Assembly (NCBI RefSeq): GCF_988243305.1
Contig: NZ_OZ547136.1
DNA: 64,000 nt
Reading direction: 5' to 3' (one strand)
A program made the position numbers and the translations under genes. The notes under the pieces were generated by a model that did no database searches, was not told the DNA's origin, and saw only the letters and a program-made list of their open reading frames with translations. This document shows positions 32,728-42,633 of the stretch, piece by piece (the first letter of the stretch is position 1; each line of letters begins with the position of its first letter).

Positions 32728-34479
32728 TTGATATCCAATTTTTTCGTGGTGTATATGTCTAATAAAATCTTTACGCATTCCCTACCTATGCGCTATGCCG
32801 ATTTTCCAACGCTGGTTGATGCTTTGGACTACGCCGCTCTGAGTAGCGCCGGAATGAATTTTTATGACAGACGTTGCCAACTTGAAGATCAACTGGAATA
32901 TCAGACGTTAAAAGCGCGTGCCGAAGCTGGTGCGAAGCGGTTGTTATCGCTGAACCTGAAAAAAGGCGATCGCGTGGCGCTGATTGCCGAAACCAGTAGC
33001 GGGTTCGTAGAGGCTTTTTTTTCCTGCCAGTATGCCGGCTTAGTCGCCGTCCCGTTGGCGATTCCAATGGGCGTCGGTCAGCGGGATTCCTGGAGCGCCA
33101 AACTGCAGGGTTTACTGACAAGTTGCCAGCCCGCAGCCATTATCACTGGTGATGAGTGGTTACCGCTGGTCAATGCCGCGACGCATAACAACAACCCCGA
33201 ATTACATGTTTTAAGCCACGCCTGGTTTAAGGCATTACCGGAAGCCGATGTTGCACTCCAGCATCCAGTTCCGAACGATATCGCCTACCTCCAGTACACC
33301 TCCGGCAGCACCCGTTTTCCCCGTGGCGTCATTATCACCCATCGCGAAGTGATGGCTAATCTACGTGCTATAAGCCACGATGGCATTAAATTACGCCCTG
33401 GCGACCGCTGCGTCTCCTGGCTGCCTTTCTACCATGATATGGGACTGGTCGGCTTTCTCCTGACCCCCGTCGCCACGCAGCTTTCAGTAGATTATTTGCG
33501 CACTCAGGATTTTGCCATGCGTCCTCTGCAATGGCTTAAATTGATCAGTAAAAATCGCGGCACCGTTTCCGTTGCGCCGCCGTTTGGCTATGAATTGTGC
33601 CAGCGCCGCGTGAATGAAAAAGATCTCGCTGAACTGGATCTTTCCTGCTGGCGCGTCGCTGGTATTGGTGCAGAACCCATCTCCGCAGAACAACTCCATC
33701 AATTCGCTGAATGTTTCCGTCAGGTCAACTTTGACGATAAAACTTTCATGCCGTGCTACGGACTGGCAGAAAATGCGCTGGCTGTCAGCTTCTCTGATGA
33801 AGCTTCCGGGGTTGTGGTTAACGAAGTGGATCGCGACATCCTCGAATATCAGGGCAAAGCCGTCGCGCCGGATGCTGAAACACGCGCCGTATCGACTTTC
33901 GTCAACTGCGGTAAAGCGTTGCCGGAACATGGCATTGAAATCCGCAATGAAGCAGGTATACCTGTCGCGGAACGTGTGGTAGGCCATATTTGCATCTCCG
34001 GCCCTAGCCTGATGAGCGGTTACTTTGGCGACCAGATTTCACAAGACGAGATTGCCGCGACGGGCTGGTTAGACACCGGCGACCTCGGTTATCTGCTGGA
34101 CGGTTATCTGTATGTCACCGGACGCATTAAAGATCTGATTATTATTCGTGGCCGTAATATCTGGCCGCAGGATATTGAATATATTGCGGAACAGGAACCG
34201 GAAATTCATTCTGGCGATGCGATTGCTTTTGTTACCGCCCAGGAAAAAATCATTTTGCAGATCCAGTGTCGGATCAGCGATGAAGAACGTCGCGGGCAGC
34301 TTATCCACGCGCTGGCAGCACGGATCCAAAGCGAATTTGGCGTGACCGCGGCTATCGATCTGTTGCCGCCCCACAGTATTCCCCGAACGTCCTCCGGCAA
34401 GCCTGCCCGTGCGGAAGCGAAAAAACGTTATCAGAAGGCTTATGCTGCAAGCCTTCATGTGCAGGAATCCCTGGCATGA
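32728..34479 (+). CDS. Fatty acyl-AMP ligase (FAAL-type adenylate-forming enzyme); true start may be an internal Met at about 32755 or 32788
   Basis: AMP-binding motifs YTSGSTRFPRG and TGDLG, and a C-terminal PRTSSGK motif. Immediately followed by an ACP gene, as is typical for FAALs. Confidence 0.8.
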   Translation: MISNFFVVYMSNKIFTHSLPMRYADFPTLVDALDYAALSSAGMNFYDRRCQLEDQLEYQTLKARAEAGAKRLLSLNLKKGDRVALIAETSSGFVEAFFSCQYAGLVAVPLAIPMGVGQRDSWSAKLQGLLTSCQPAAIITGDEWLPLVNAATHNNNPELHVLSHAWFKALPEADVALQHPVPNDIAYLQYTSGSTRFPRGVIITHREVMANLRAISHDGIKLRPGDRCVSWLPFYHDMGLVGFLLTPVATQLSVDYLRTQDFAMRPLQWLKLISKNRGTVSVAPPFGYELCQRRVNEKDLAELDLSCWRVAGIGAEPISAEQLHQFAECFRQVNFDDKTFMPCYGLAENALAVSFSDEASGVVVNEVDRDILEYQGKAVAPDAETRAVSTFVNCGKALPEHGIEIRNEAGIPVAERVVGHICISGPSLMSGYFGDQISQDEIAATGWLDTGDLGYLLDGYLYVTGRIKDLIIIRGRNIWPQDIEYIAEQEPEIHSGDAIAFVTAQEKIILQIQCRISDEERRGQLIHALAARIQSEFGVTAAIDLLPPHSIPRTSSGKPARAEAKKRYQKAYAASLHVQESLA

Positions 34480-35390
34480 ATCAAACTGTCGCGGTGACGG
34501 GCGCTACCGGGTTTATCGGTAAATATATTATCGATAACCTGCTCGCCCGCGGCTTTCACGTTCGCGCATTGACGCGTACTGCCCGCGCTCACGTCAATGA
34601 TAATCTCACCTGGGTGCGCGGTTCTCTGGAAGATACTCATTCACTTAGCGAACTGGTTGCCGGAGCCAGCGCGGTGGTCCATTGCGCCGGGCAAGTGCGC
34701 GGGCACAAAGAAGAGATTTTCACCCGCTGTAACGTTGACGGCAGCCTGCGCCTGATGAAGGCGGCAAAAGAGAGCGGTTTTTGCCAACGTTTTCTGTTTA
34801 TCTCTTCGCTGGCGGCGCGCCATCCCGAACTCTCCTGGTACGCAAATTCCAAACACGTCGCCGAACAACGGCTGACTGCAATGGCTGACGAAATTACGCT
34901 GGGCGTTTTTCGCCCGACAGCCGTATATGGTCCCGGCGATAAAGAGTTAAAACCGCTGTTTGACTGGATGCTGCGCGGCCTGCTGCCACGACTTGGTGCG
35001 CCAGATACACAGCTGTCTTTCCTGCACGTCACCGATTTCGCGCAAGCAGTGGGTCAGTGGTTAAGCGCCGAAACTATACAGACGCAAACCTATGAATTAT
35101 GCGATGGCGTCGCTGGCGGCTATGACTGGCAACGCATACAGCAACTTGCCGCCAACGTCCGTTGCGGTTCCGTGCGAATGGTTGGTATTCCTCTGTCGGT
35201 ACTCACCTGCCTTGCGGATATCAGTACCGCGTTGAGCCGTCTGGCGGGTAAAGAACCTATGCTGACCCGCTCGAAAATTCGTGAATTAACCCACGCCGAC
35301 TGGTCGGCAAGTAATAACCGTATTTCTGAAGATATTAATTGGTTTCCCGGGATTAGCCTGGAACACGCATTACGCAACGGGCTATTTTGA
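34476..35390 (+). CDS. NAD(P)-dependent epimerase/dehydratase-family oxidoreductase (extended SDR); candidate ketoreductase
   Basis: N-terminal Rossmann motif VTGATGFIGKYI. Start overlaps the FAAL stop (ATGA), suggesting translational coupling. Confidence 0.75.
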   Translation: MNQTVAVTGATGFIGKYIIDNLLARGFHVRALTRTARAHVNDNLTWVRGSLEDTHSLSELVAGASAVVHCAGQVRGHKEEIFTRCNVDGSLRLMKAAKESGFCQRFLFISSLAARHPELSWYANSKHVAEQRLTAMADEITLGVFRPTAVYGPGDKELKPLFDWMLRGLLPRLGAPDTQLSFLHVTDFAQAVGQWLSAETIQTQTYELCDGVAGGYDWQRIQQLAANVRCGSVRMVGIPLSVLTCLADISTALSRLAGKEPMLTRSKIRELTHADWSASNNRISEDINWFPGISLEHALRNGLF

Positions 35391-35421
35391 TTGTCTTGTT
35401 TAAAGGTGTGTTAACGTTTCT

Positions 35422-35670
35422 ATGGTAAATCGTGAAATAGTAATGGATTACATCCTTTCCTGTTTACAGGATTTGGTCGAAAACGGTGTGGAAATTAAGC
35501 CCGACAGCGATCTCGTCAACGATCTTGGCCTGGAGTCGATCAAAGTGATGGATCTCTTAATGATGCTGGAAGACAGATTCGATATTTCCATTCCTATTAA
35601 TATTCTGCTGGATGTCAAAACCCCTGCGCAATTAATGGAAACTCTACTTCCATGGCTGGAGAATAAATAA
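35422..35670 (+). CDS. Acyl carrier protein
   Basis: 82-aa acidic protein with the phosphopantetheine-attachment motif DLGLESI. Confidence 0.75.
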   Translation: MVNREIVMDYILSCLQDLVENGVEIKPDSDLVNDLGLESIKVMDLLMMLEDRFDISIPINILLDVKTPAQLMETLLPWLENK

Positions 35671-36842
35671 TGGGGCTATACGATAAATATGCGCGCCTTG
35701 CTGGCGAGCGACTGCAATTTAGTGACAACGGGTTAACACCGTTTGGCACCTGTATTGATGAAGTGTATTCCGCCACCGAAGGCCGGATCGGCAATAAAAA
35801 AGTGATTCTGGCCGGGACCAATAATTATCTCGGTTTAACCTTTAATCATGATGCCATCAGCGAAGGTCAGGCAGCGTTAGCGGCCCAAGGCACCGGCACC
35901 ACCGGTTCTCGTATGGCAAACGGCAGTTATGCGCCGCACCTGGCGTTAGAGAAAGAGATTGCCGAGTTTTTCAATCGCCCTACCGCTATCGTTTTTTCAA
36001 CCGGTTATACCGCTAATTTAGGCGTCATCAGCGCACTTGCCGACCATAACGCCGTGGTGTTACTGGATGCCGACAGCCACGCCAGTATTTATGACGCCTG
36101 TTCTCTCGGTGGCGCGGAAATTATTCGTTTCCGCCATAACGATGCTAAAGATCTGGAACGGCGCATGGTTCGCCTCGGTGAACGGGCGAAAGAGGCGATT
36201 ATCATCGTTGAGGGCATCTACAGCATGCTCGGTGACGTTGCGCCGCTGGCGGAAATTGTTGATATCAAACGTCGTCTCGGTGGTTATTTGATTGTCGATG
36301 AAGCGCATTCGTTTGGCGTGTTAGGCGCAACGGGGCGCGGACTGGCTGAAGCCGTTGGCGTTGAAGATGATGTGGATATTATCGTTGGTACTTTCAGTAA
36401 AAGTCTGGCCTCGATTGGCGGTTTTGCTGTCGGTTCGGAAGCGATGGAAGTGTTGCGCTACGGCAGCCGCCCGTATATTTTTACCGCCTCTCCTTCTCCG
36501 TCCTGCATTGCGACCGTGCGCTCGTCGTTAAGAACCATTGCCTCACAACCAGAGCTGCGGCAAAAGCTGATGGATAACGCCAACCATCTGTATGACGGTC
36601 TGCAAAAACTGGGTTACGAGTTAAGTTCACATATTAGCCCGGTAGTGCCAGTAATAATCGGTTCGAAAGAGGAAGGTTTACGCATCTGGCGCGAGCTTAT
36701 TTCGCTGGGCGTTTATGTGAATCTTATCCTGCCACCTGCCGCGCCTGCAGGCATCACGCTGCTGCGCTGTAGCGTAAACGCTGCCCACAGTCGTGAGCAA
36801 ATTGATGTCATCATTCAAGCGTTCGCTACTCTGAAGCAGTAA
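35670..36842 (+). CDS. PLP-dependent alpha-oxoamine synthase (BioF/Kbl/serine palmitoyltransferase family)
   Basis: 390-aa ORF with PLP-lysine motif GTFSKSLASIGGF and class-II aminotransferase fold motifs. Start overlaps the ACP stop. Confidence 0.8.
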   Translation: MGLYDKYARLAGERLQFSDNGLTPFGTCIDEVYSATEGRIGNKKVILAGTNNYLGLTFNHDAISEGQAALAAQGTGTTGSRMANGSYAPHLALEKEIAEFFNRPTAIVFSTGYTANLGVISALADHNAVVLLDADSHASIYDACSLGGAEIIRFRHNDAKDLERRMVRLGERAKEAIIIVEGIYSMLGDVAPLAEIVDIKRRLGGYLIVDEAHSFGVLGATGRGLAEAVGVEDDVDIIVGTFSKSLASIGGFAVGSEAMEVLRYGSRPYIFTASPSPSCIATVRSSLRTIASQPELRQKLMDNANHLYDGLQKLGYELSSHISPVVPVIIGSKEEGLRIWRELISLGVYVNLILPPAAPAGITLLRCSVNAAHSREQIDVIIQAFATLKQ

Positions 36843-36845
36843 TGT

Positions 36846-36875
36846 GAGCCCGCTGGGCGCTGCGCCACGGCGGGT
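36846..36875. terminator. GC-rich hairpin between the convergent biosynthetic and export operons
   Basis: CCCGCTGGGCGCTGCGCCACGGCGGGTTT in the 33-bp convergent gap. Confidence 0.35.
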
Positions 36876-37955
36876 TTAATGTTGTCTGTCATACCAATAC
36901 ACCAGGCTCAACGCCACCAGCACAAACGCTACCGGTAAACCGAGCGCGGTAACAGGTGCGCTCAACGCAAATAGCAACCCCAGATTGACCATGATTTGAT
37001 AGCTGATCCAGGTGAGTAAGCCCACGATGACGCCTACAGCGAGACGGCTACCCATCCCTGGCGAGCGCGGGGCGCTAAAGGTAAACGGCACAGCCAGCAA
37101 AATCATCGCCAGGGTCAAGATGGGTTGTCCCAGTTTTTCCCACAGTGCAAGGCGGTATTCGCTGCTGGGTTGCCCGGTTTCCTGCAAATAATGGATGTAA
37201 TGATTAAGTTGACGGACAGAAAAAGTATTTCCCGGCATCGATAACTCTTCAAGATTCATACTGGTGAAGGCCGATTGCCAGGCAAGATTATCTGATGTTT
37301 CCAGCGTTTCTTTGCCATTCAACCATTTTTTATGATTCACACCATGCAGGATCCACGTTTTGTCGTCTTCAATGGAGGCACTGCGTGCAAAAATGTAGGA
37401 TTCGAGCGAGAGATCGTCGCGATAATGAAATATCTCCACGCCCACAGGCTGGCCCTGCTCGTTCAGCGATTTCACCGTCACAAATTCATTACCGCGCCTG
37501 GCCCAAAGCATATTGCCGGTAATGTCATCGTCCTCCCCCAACGCGGTGGCAGTCGATTTGATTTGCAGCGCCTGTTGCTGCAATGGCGACGCCACCCACT
37601 CATCTATCGCGCCTAACGAAACAGTCCACAATATCCCGGCAACCAGCGCCACCAGTGCAATACGGAAGATAGAAAACCCAGTGCTGCGAATGGCGGTAAG
37701 CTCACTGTTTTTCGATAACTGCCCCAGGCCAACAATCCCTCCCAATAAGGCGATAAACGGCGAAAGTTCGACCAGTGTACGCGGTAAGGTCATCAGCACC
37801 ACCAGCACCGCCTGAGTCCAGCGATAACCGCCCGGGCTGACATCATCCAGTTCGTTAATCAGGTTGAAGGTGGTAAAAAGCGGCAGCAATAGCCCTGCGG
37901 CGGCGGCAAAACCGAGAAAGAGATGACGGATTAAATAGCGACTGAAAACATTCAT
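36876..37955 (-). CDS. LptF/LptG-family (YjgP/YjgQ) permease, paralog 2; start at MNVFSRYL
   Basis: Six-transmembrane topology with a periplasmic beta-rich insert typical of LptF/LptG. Start overlaps the upstream gene stop by 4 nt. Confidence 0.75.
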   Translation of the reverse strand: MNVFSRYLIRHLFLGFAAAAGLLLPLFTTFNLINELDDVSPGGYRWTQAVLVVLMTLPRTLVELSPFIALLGGIVGLGQLSKNSELTAIRSTGFSIFRIALVALVAGILWTVSLGAIDEWVASPLQQQALQIKSTATALGEDDDITGNMLWARRGNEFVTVKSLNEQGQPVGVEIFHYRDDLSLESYIFARSASIEDDKTWILHGVNHKKWLNGKETLETSDNLAWQSAFTSMNLEELSMPGNTFSVRQLNHYIHYLQETGQPSSEYRLALWEKLGQPILTLAMILLAVPFTFSAPRSPGMGSRLAVGVIVGLLTWISYQIMVNLGLLFALSAPVTALGLPVAFVLVALSLVYWYDRQH

Positions 37956-39022
37956 CGGGAAAATTTCTGCAGCAAAGAGAAGTCGCGTGCGACCAGCATC
38001 AGCAGGCCCATTAGCATGAGTCCGGGTACTAACCACAAACCAGGAATGAGGGGAATCGCGCCGTTAGCCACCAGCGTACGGCAGACGTCGCCGCCATAAA
38101 AAATGGCAACAAACAGCAACGTCAGTGGCAATAACGTTGAAAATCGCCCTTGCCGCGGTTTTACCCGACTTAATGAAATGGCCAGCAGCGCCATCAACAA
38201 CGCTGTCAGGCCACGGCTTTGTCGCCATTGCAGTTCGGCATGATCGGCAGGAAAGGCGGAGCGCGCCAGCTCCGTGACCGATTTTGCTTTGCGTTTGACG
38301 TTAGGGCTTTGATCCAGCGGATTCAGATGTAATTGCAGATTACGGTAGATCTGTTCGTTGTCGTCACGCCCCTGATGATCGAGAAGATAGGCGGTCCCGT
38401 TATGCAACATAACGGTCGGTTTCTCAGGTGATGGGTCAACCACATCAACCGAACGGGCGCGGAAAATGCGGGTTCGATTGGCAGTAGAAGTATAAATCAG
38501 CGCGTCAGTCAGGCGATTATTATCCTGATCAACCGTCTGCGAAAGGATCATTCGTCCGTTATCGTTAGTGTTAAATTTCTTTGCCCGCAACTGGCGAACA
38601 TCCAGCTCCGACTGTGACTGTTGCTCCAGTTGATAAATCTGCGCATAAGCCCACGGACGACCATACATCGACAGAAGGGTGACAAAAATACTTAGCGGTA
38701 TCGCCAGATAAAGAACGGCTTTGTACAAGCGTCCCGGACTGCCCCCCGCCGCAGAAATAGCGGTAATTTCCGAGTCGGTATACATCTGCCCTAGCGTCAC
38801 GCCAACTGACACATACAGTCCAACAGGTAACAACATCTCCAGTGCAATCAGCACCTTGTAGAAAACAATATCCAGCACAACATCAAGAGCTAATGTCCCA
38901 TTTGCCGCTTCGGTCAGATAACGCTGTGCGGAGTAGCTGGCGAAAATAAAGATCAGAAAACCGACGATAATCAGCACCAGACGGCGCGTACCACGCATGA
39001 TGTAGTGTTCAACCAGCTTCAT
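37952..39022 (-). CDS. LptF/LptG-family (YjgP/YjgQ) permease, paralog 1
   Basis: 356-aa ORF, same family architecture as its neighbour. Confidence 0.75.
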   Translation of the reverse strand: MKLVEHYIMRGTRRLVLIIVGFLIFIFASYSAQRYLTEAANGTLALDVVLDIVFYKVLIALEMLLPVGLYVSVGVTLGQMYTDSEITAISAAGGSPGRLYKAVLYLAIPLSIFVTLLSMYGRPWAYAQIYQLEQQSQSELDVRQLRAKKFNTNDNGRMILSQTVDQDNNRLTDALIYTSTANRTRIFRARSVDVVDPSPEKPTVMLHNGTAYLLDHQGRDDNEQIYRNLQLHLNPLDQSPNVKRKAKSVTELARSAFPADHAELQWRQSRGLTALLMALLAISLSRVKPRQGRFSTLLPLTLLFVAIFYGGDVCRTLVANGAIPLIPGLWLVPGLMLMGLLMLVARDFSLLQKFSR

Positions 39023-39052
39023 CTCACTAACGCCCTCAATCCTTTGAATTTT

Positions 39053-39616
39053 TTATTCATTGATCAGTTTCTGCGCCAGCGCAATGACATGTTCTACCTC
39101 TTCCGGCGTCAGGCTGCCGTCCTTTGCCCACTGAATTTGCCCGGTTTTATTCAGCACCAGAATGGTTGAACTCTGCTCCTGCAAGTGCCAGGCAACGCGT
39201 CCCTGTCCATTGCCGTCAATAACGAATTGCGCCCATGGATAGCGGCGTTTATTTTTTTCGATTTTGCCAACGACAAAATAGCCGGTACCAAAGATGGCAT
39301 CATCAGTGTTCACAATGGTGGTAGGCTGAAAACGATCCTGCGGAAAGTTTGCCGCTTCAACCGCTTTAATTAACAGTGAGTTCTTTTTCTTCGCCGACTT
39401 ACGCCCGGCGATATACTGAATAATGCGGACTTTTCCCGCCAATTGTGTGCTGTTCCACTTTTGGTAGTGAATTTCGTCGTCGCTATTCAGAAGCAGCTCA
39501 CCACCTTCCTGGATATAAACAGAGGTAACCGTTTTGCCAGTGACGAAATTGTGCGCCTGCACACCCGGGGCTAAGAGCATGATAATCAGCGCAATAATCA
39601 AACGAGATGACATCAT
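39053..39616 (-). CDS. Periplasmic protein of unknown function
   Basis: 187-aa ORF with a cleavable signal peptide (…LLAPGVQA/HN), operonic with the permeases. Confidence 0.6.
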   Translation of the reverse strand: MMSSRLIIALIIMLLAPGVQAHNFVTGKTVTSVYIQEGGELLLNSDDEIHYQKWNSTQLAGKVRIIQYIAGRKSAKKKNSLLIKAVEAANFPQDRFQPTTIVNTDDAIFGTGYFVVGKIEKNKRRYPWAQFVIDGNGQGRVAWHLQEQSSTILVLNKTGQIQWAKDGSLTPEEVEHVIALAQKLINE

Positions 39617-39624
39617 TGCTCCGG

Positions 39625-40449
39625 TTATAGCGGAAAACGCGAAATCAGCAGTTCTAAGCGCTGACGAATATCGCTATCCAGCGCCATCGGTGCATCATAC
39701 GACTGGCGGTTTTCCATATCATCCGCCACCATGTCGTCGTGTTTATCCCCCATCAGGCCATTAATGGCGGCGAGGAAGCGGGAAATCTGTAACGCCTCTT
39801 TATTTTCAGGATCAAGCGATCTTAGGGTGTCGTAATAAGAAACCTGCTGGCTGATGATTTTTCGCACATCATGAAATTCCCTGCCAGTTAGTCGCGGTTT
39901 GGCAATTATCTCTTTCAGGGTATGCATTTGCTTTTGCCGATAGGCAATAAAACCGCTTACGCTTTCTAACTGGCTATGGCGTAATGAATAGTTCACCAAC
40001 GACCAGACCGGAGAGCTTAAATAAACCCGTAACAGGTTGCCGTAATACGACACAATATTTTTCTTACCGTTACGAAAGCCGTCCTGAAAACGCCCCAAAA
40101 AAACGGTCGTTTTGCCGAATAAAAATCCGGCCTGATGCTTTTTTAAATACAGCCGTTGCGCAAAACGCAGGTGCTTGTAGCGCGCTCGCATGTATTTAAA
40201 TTGTTTGCGCTCATCAGCAGTCAGCTCATCGCCTTTGGCCTGTTTGCATATTAAACGCAGTAACTCCTGGCGATTGACGCCATTGAGCCAGAATTGCAGG
40301 CATAACGCGTAATTATCATGGATGATTTCGGTGGTACAACTTAGTGCGATAGTCGGCGGCAAACTGACCTGTGCATCAACGACATCATCTTCTTCAATCG
40401 CAACAAATAGACGCTCGCTCGCCTCAAGCGGGAAATATTTTCTCATCAT
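39625..40449 (-). CDS. Hypothetical soluble protein
   Basis: 274-aa ORF with no recognisable motif; its stop overlaps the yghQ start region. Confidence 0.55.
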   Translation of the reverse strand: MMRKYFPLEASERLFVAIEEDDVVDAQVSLPPTIALSCTTEIIHDNYALCLQFWLNGVNRQELLRLICKQAKGDELTADERKQFKYMRARYKHLRFAQRLYLKKHQAGFLFGKTTVFLGRFQDGFRNGKKNIVSYYGNLLRVYLSSPVWSLVNYSLRHSQLESVSGFIAYRQKQMHTLKEIIAKPRLTGREFHDVRKIISQQVSYYDTLRSLDPENKEALQISRFLAAINGLMGDKHDDMVADDMENRQSYDAPMALDSDIRQRLELLISRFPL

Positions 40450-41798
40450 CAGGATTTCTCTCCGGCTGCGTTATAAAGCAAGGAATGGCGCTGAAAAAAT
40501 GCCTTTAAGGTTGGAATTAACGAGAGCGCCACGTCCAGACATTGCCCACCGAAGTAAGCAAACGCTGCTCCCAGCACACCAAACAGATGACAGAACATGA
40601 ACAGCAATACGATGTAGCCGATTGAGGCGATGGTTTGCGCCACGAGAAAAGCGCGCTGTTTTCCCGCCATCAATAGCAATGACTCCTGAGGGAAGCCCAG
40701 CATCGAGATCACAATTGCGCCCAGCATCACCTGAATCAGGTCATACGCTTCGAGATACTTAACGCCAAACACCAGCGAAATGAGCGGCTTGCCGACAATC
40801 AACACCGCGAGCGCCACCAGAATACCGATTCCGCCCGCCAGTAAACCGGACTTCACGCCTAACAACCACGGTCTGGTGGTACGCGGATCTAAACGCATCA
40901 CCTCTGGGTAAAAACTTTTGCCCAGTAAACCCGCTGGCGTTCCGGCGGCGTCGAAGAATGTCATGGCGATTTTAAATAACCCGGCGGCAGCGGGTCCTAA
41001 CACGATCCCCACCAACACTGTGCTGCACGAATTACGCGCCGACCAGATGGAATGGGCAATGTTGGTTGACCAGACAAAACTCCACGCGCCTTTGATGTGT
41101 CGGGCAGACTCAAACAGATTCAATTTGAACGCGTTATGGATATTTCTGCGGCGTAATTCACGTGCGGCAAACCACCAGTACATGGTGCCGCCAACAAGAT
41201 TCGAGGCGTACCAGGCAATAACAAAACCCGCAAAACCAAAGTCAAAATACCAGGCAACGACGCTCCCCGCTGCGCGCAGAAAAGGTTTCGTCGCCTGCTG
41301 TACAGCAATTAAGTCGAAGCGATCTACCGCACGCAGAATGCCGGTCGGCGTGGAGGAAGCCATTGAAGGAATGAGCGTGCAATACAGCGCTGCCAGCCAA
41401 AAGCTTTGGTCATCCAGACCTAATGAATGGGAAAGAAAAGGGAGTAAGGCAATGCCGCCGACAATCGCCACCGCGCCGCTGACGATATCCAGCGAGAAGG
41501 AAAATGAGACGACATTGCGGAATTGCTGCGGATTATTGTTGGTTAATGCTGGTGTTCCGTACTGAACCACCAGCTGCCATGTCTGAAACTTAATAAAATC
41601 GCTGATCGACTTGGCGTACGATTGCACAATCACCAGTACGCCAAACATGGCGGGTGTCATCCCTTTACCGGCACACGAGAGCGCCAACAGACCCAGCAAA
41701 GCGCTCACGACATTACTGGAACCTAACCAAGCGCTATTGCGAATAATGGTGCGAAACGCGCCATCTGCAAACCAATGTTTGATGTTAAACCCCGCCAA
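40449..41798 (-). CDS. yghQ: YghQ, MOP-superfamily (Wzx/MurJ-like) flippase; full length here
   Basis: 449-aa polytopic membrane protein of the polysaccharide-biosynthesis/flippase type. Confidence 0.75.
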   Translation of the reverse strand: MAGFNIKHWFADGAFRTIIRNSAWLGSSNVVSALLGLLALSCAGKGMTPAMFGVLVIVQSYAKSISDFIKFQTWQLVVQYGTPALTNNNPQQFRNVVSFSFSLDIVSGAVAIVGGIALLPFLSHSLGLDDQSFWLAALYCTLIPSMASSTPTGILRAVDRFDLIAVQQATKPFLRAAGSVVAWYFDFGFAGFVIAWYASNLVGGTMYWWFAARELRRRNIHNAFKLNLFESARHIKGAWSFVWSTNIAHSIWSARNSCSTVLVGIVLGPAAAGLFKIAMTFFDAAGTPAGLLGKSFYPEVMRLDPRTTRPWLLGVKSGLLAGGIGILVALAVLIVGKPLISLVFGVKYLEAYDLIQVMLGAIVISMLGFPQESLLLMAGKQRAFLVAQTIASIGYIVLLFMFCHLFGVLGAAFAYFGGQCLDVALSLIPTLKAFFQRHSLLYNAAGEKS

Positions 41799-41843
41799 TT
41801 CAGCCTGACCTTATCGTTGATAGTAAAAAGTATCCCGCCAGCT

Positions 41844-42602
41844 TTAAGTTAAACTTCGGCGGTCAGAAACGATGGCAACCAGAGAAACCGCCTTCTGTGC
41901 CTGTTCCAGCACTGCGCTGTAGGGCGCTCTGGAATCAATCTCAAGAATTTTTGTGCCGTTATAGCCAATCGTCGACATGACACCGATTTTGTCCTGCAGC
42001 TCGGCATAGTCATGGTCAGGCTTGCGGGAGATGGCAGTATCAATATCAATCCCCAAACGAATGATTAATTCAGGACGGTATTGCGCCATTTGTTGGTATA
42101 AACGCCGTTCGCGCTGCGCCAGAAACATGCTGATTTTCCCGGTCGCACGTTCGACGCCGATCCCCGGTCCGTCATAATAAAAGCCCGAAATTTCAGCCTG
42201 CGGGAAGCGATCGCTGACCACCAGAACGCCACTTTGCGCCAGTCGCTGAACCTTGCGTAGATTCGCCATTCTTCGCAGCGAGAAGCAGTACATAATCACC
42301 GCCGCCCATAGCGCTGGAGATTTGGTTTTCATGCTTTGGGTTTTCGAGGATTTGGCCGCCAGTCGCCGTTCCAGCCAGACGCCAACCAACGGCAATCGTT
42401 TGATTTTGTCGCCGTCTTCGCCGGAGAGCAGCCCCAAATAGCGGCGCTCGGTTTGCCAGTGTTGTTGCAGCGATTTCACCAGGTCAGTGGTCAGTGTGGA
42501 TTTACCGGTGCCATCACACCCGACCACCGCAATCAGCCCCGGAATGTAGTTGGGCTGCGGCGCGGTTGTACTATTAACAGTTTGTGTTTGTAGTGCATCC
42601 AT
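41844..42602 (-). CDS. yghR: YghR, P-loop kinase-like protein
   Basis: Walker A GCDGTGKST near the N-terminus, plus DRFPQ and RKPDH motifs. No ABC signature. Confidence 0.8.
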   Translation of the reverse strand: MDALQTQTVNSTTAPQPNYIPGLIAVVGCDGTGKSTLTTDLVKSLQQHWQTERRYLGLLSGEDGDKIKRLPLVGVWLERRLAAKSSKTQSMKTKSPALWAAVIMYCFSLRRMANLRKVQRLAQSGVLVVSDRFPQAEISGFYYDGPGIGVERATGKISMFLAQRERRLYQQMAQYRPELIIRLGIDIDTAISRKPDHDYAELQDKIGVMSTIGYNGTKILEIDSRAPYSAVLEQAQKAVSLVAIVSDRRSLT

Positions 42603-42633
42603 TCGTTAAATCATCCCCTATCCATTTTGGTGA

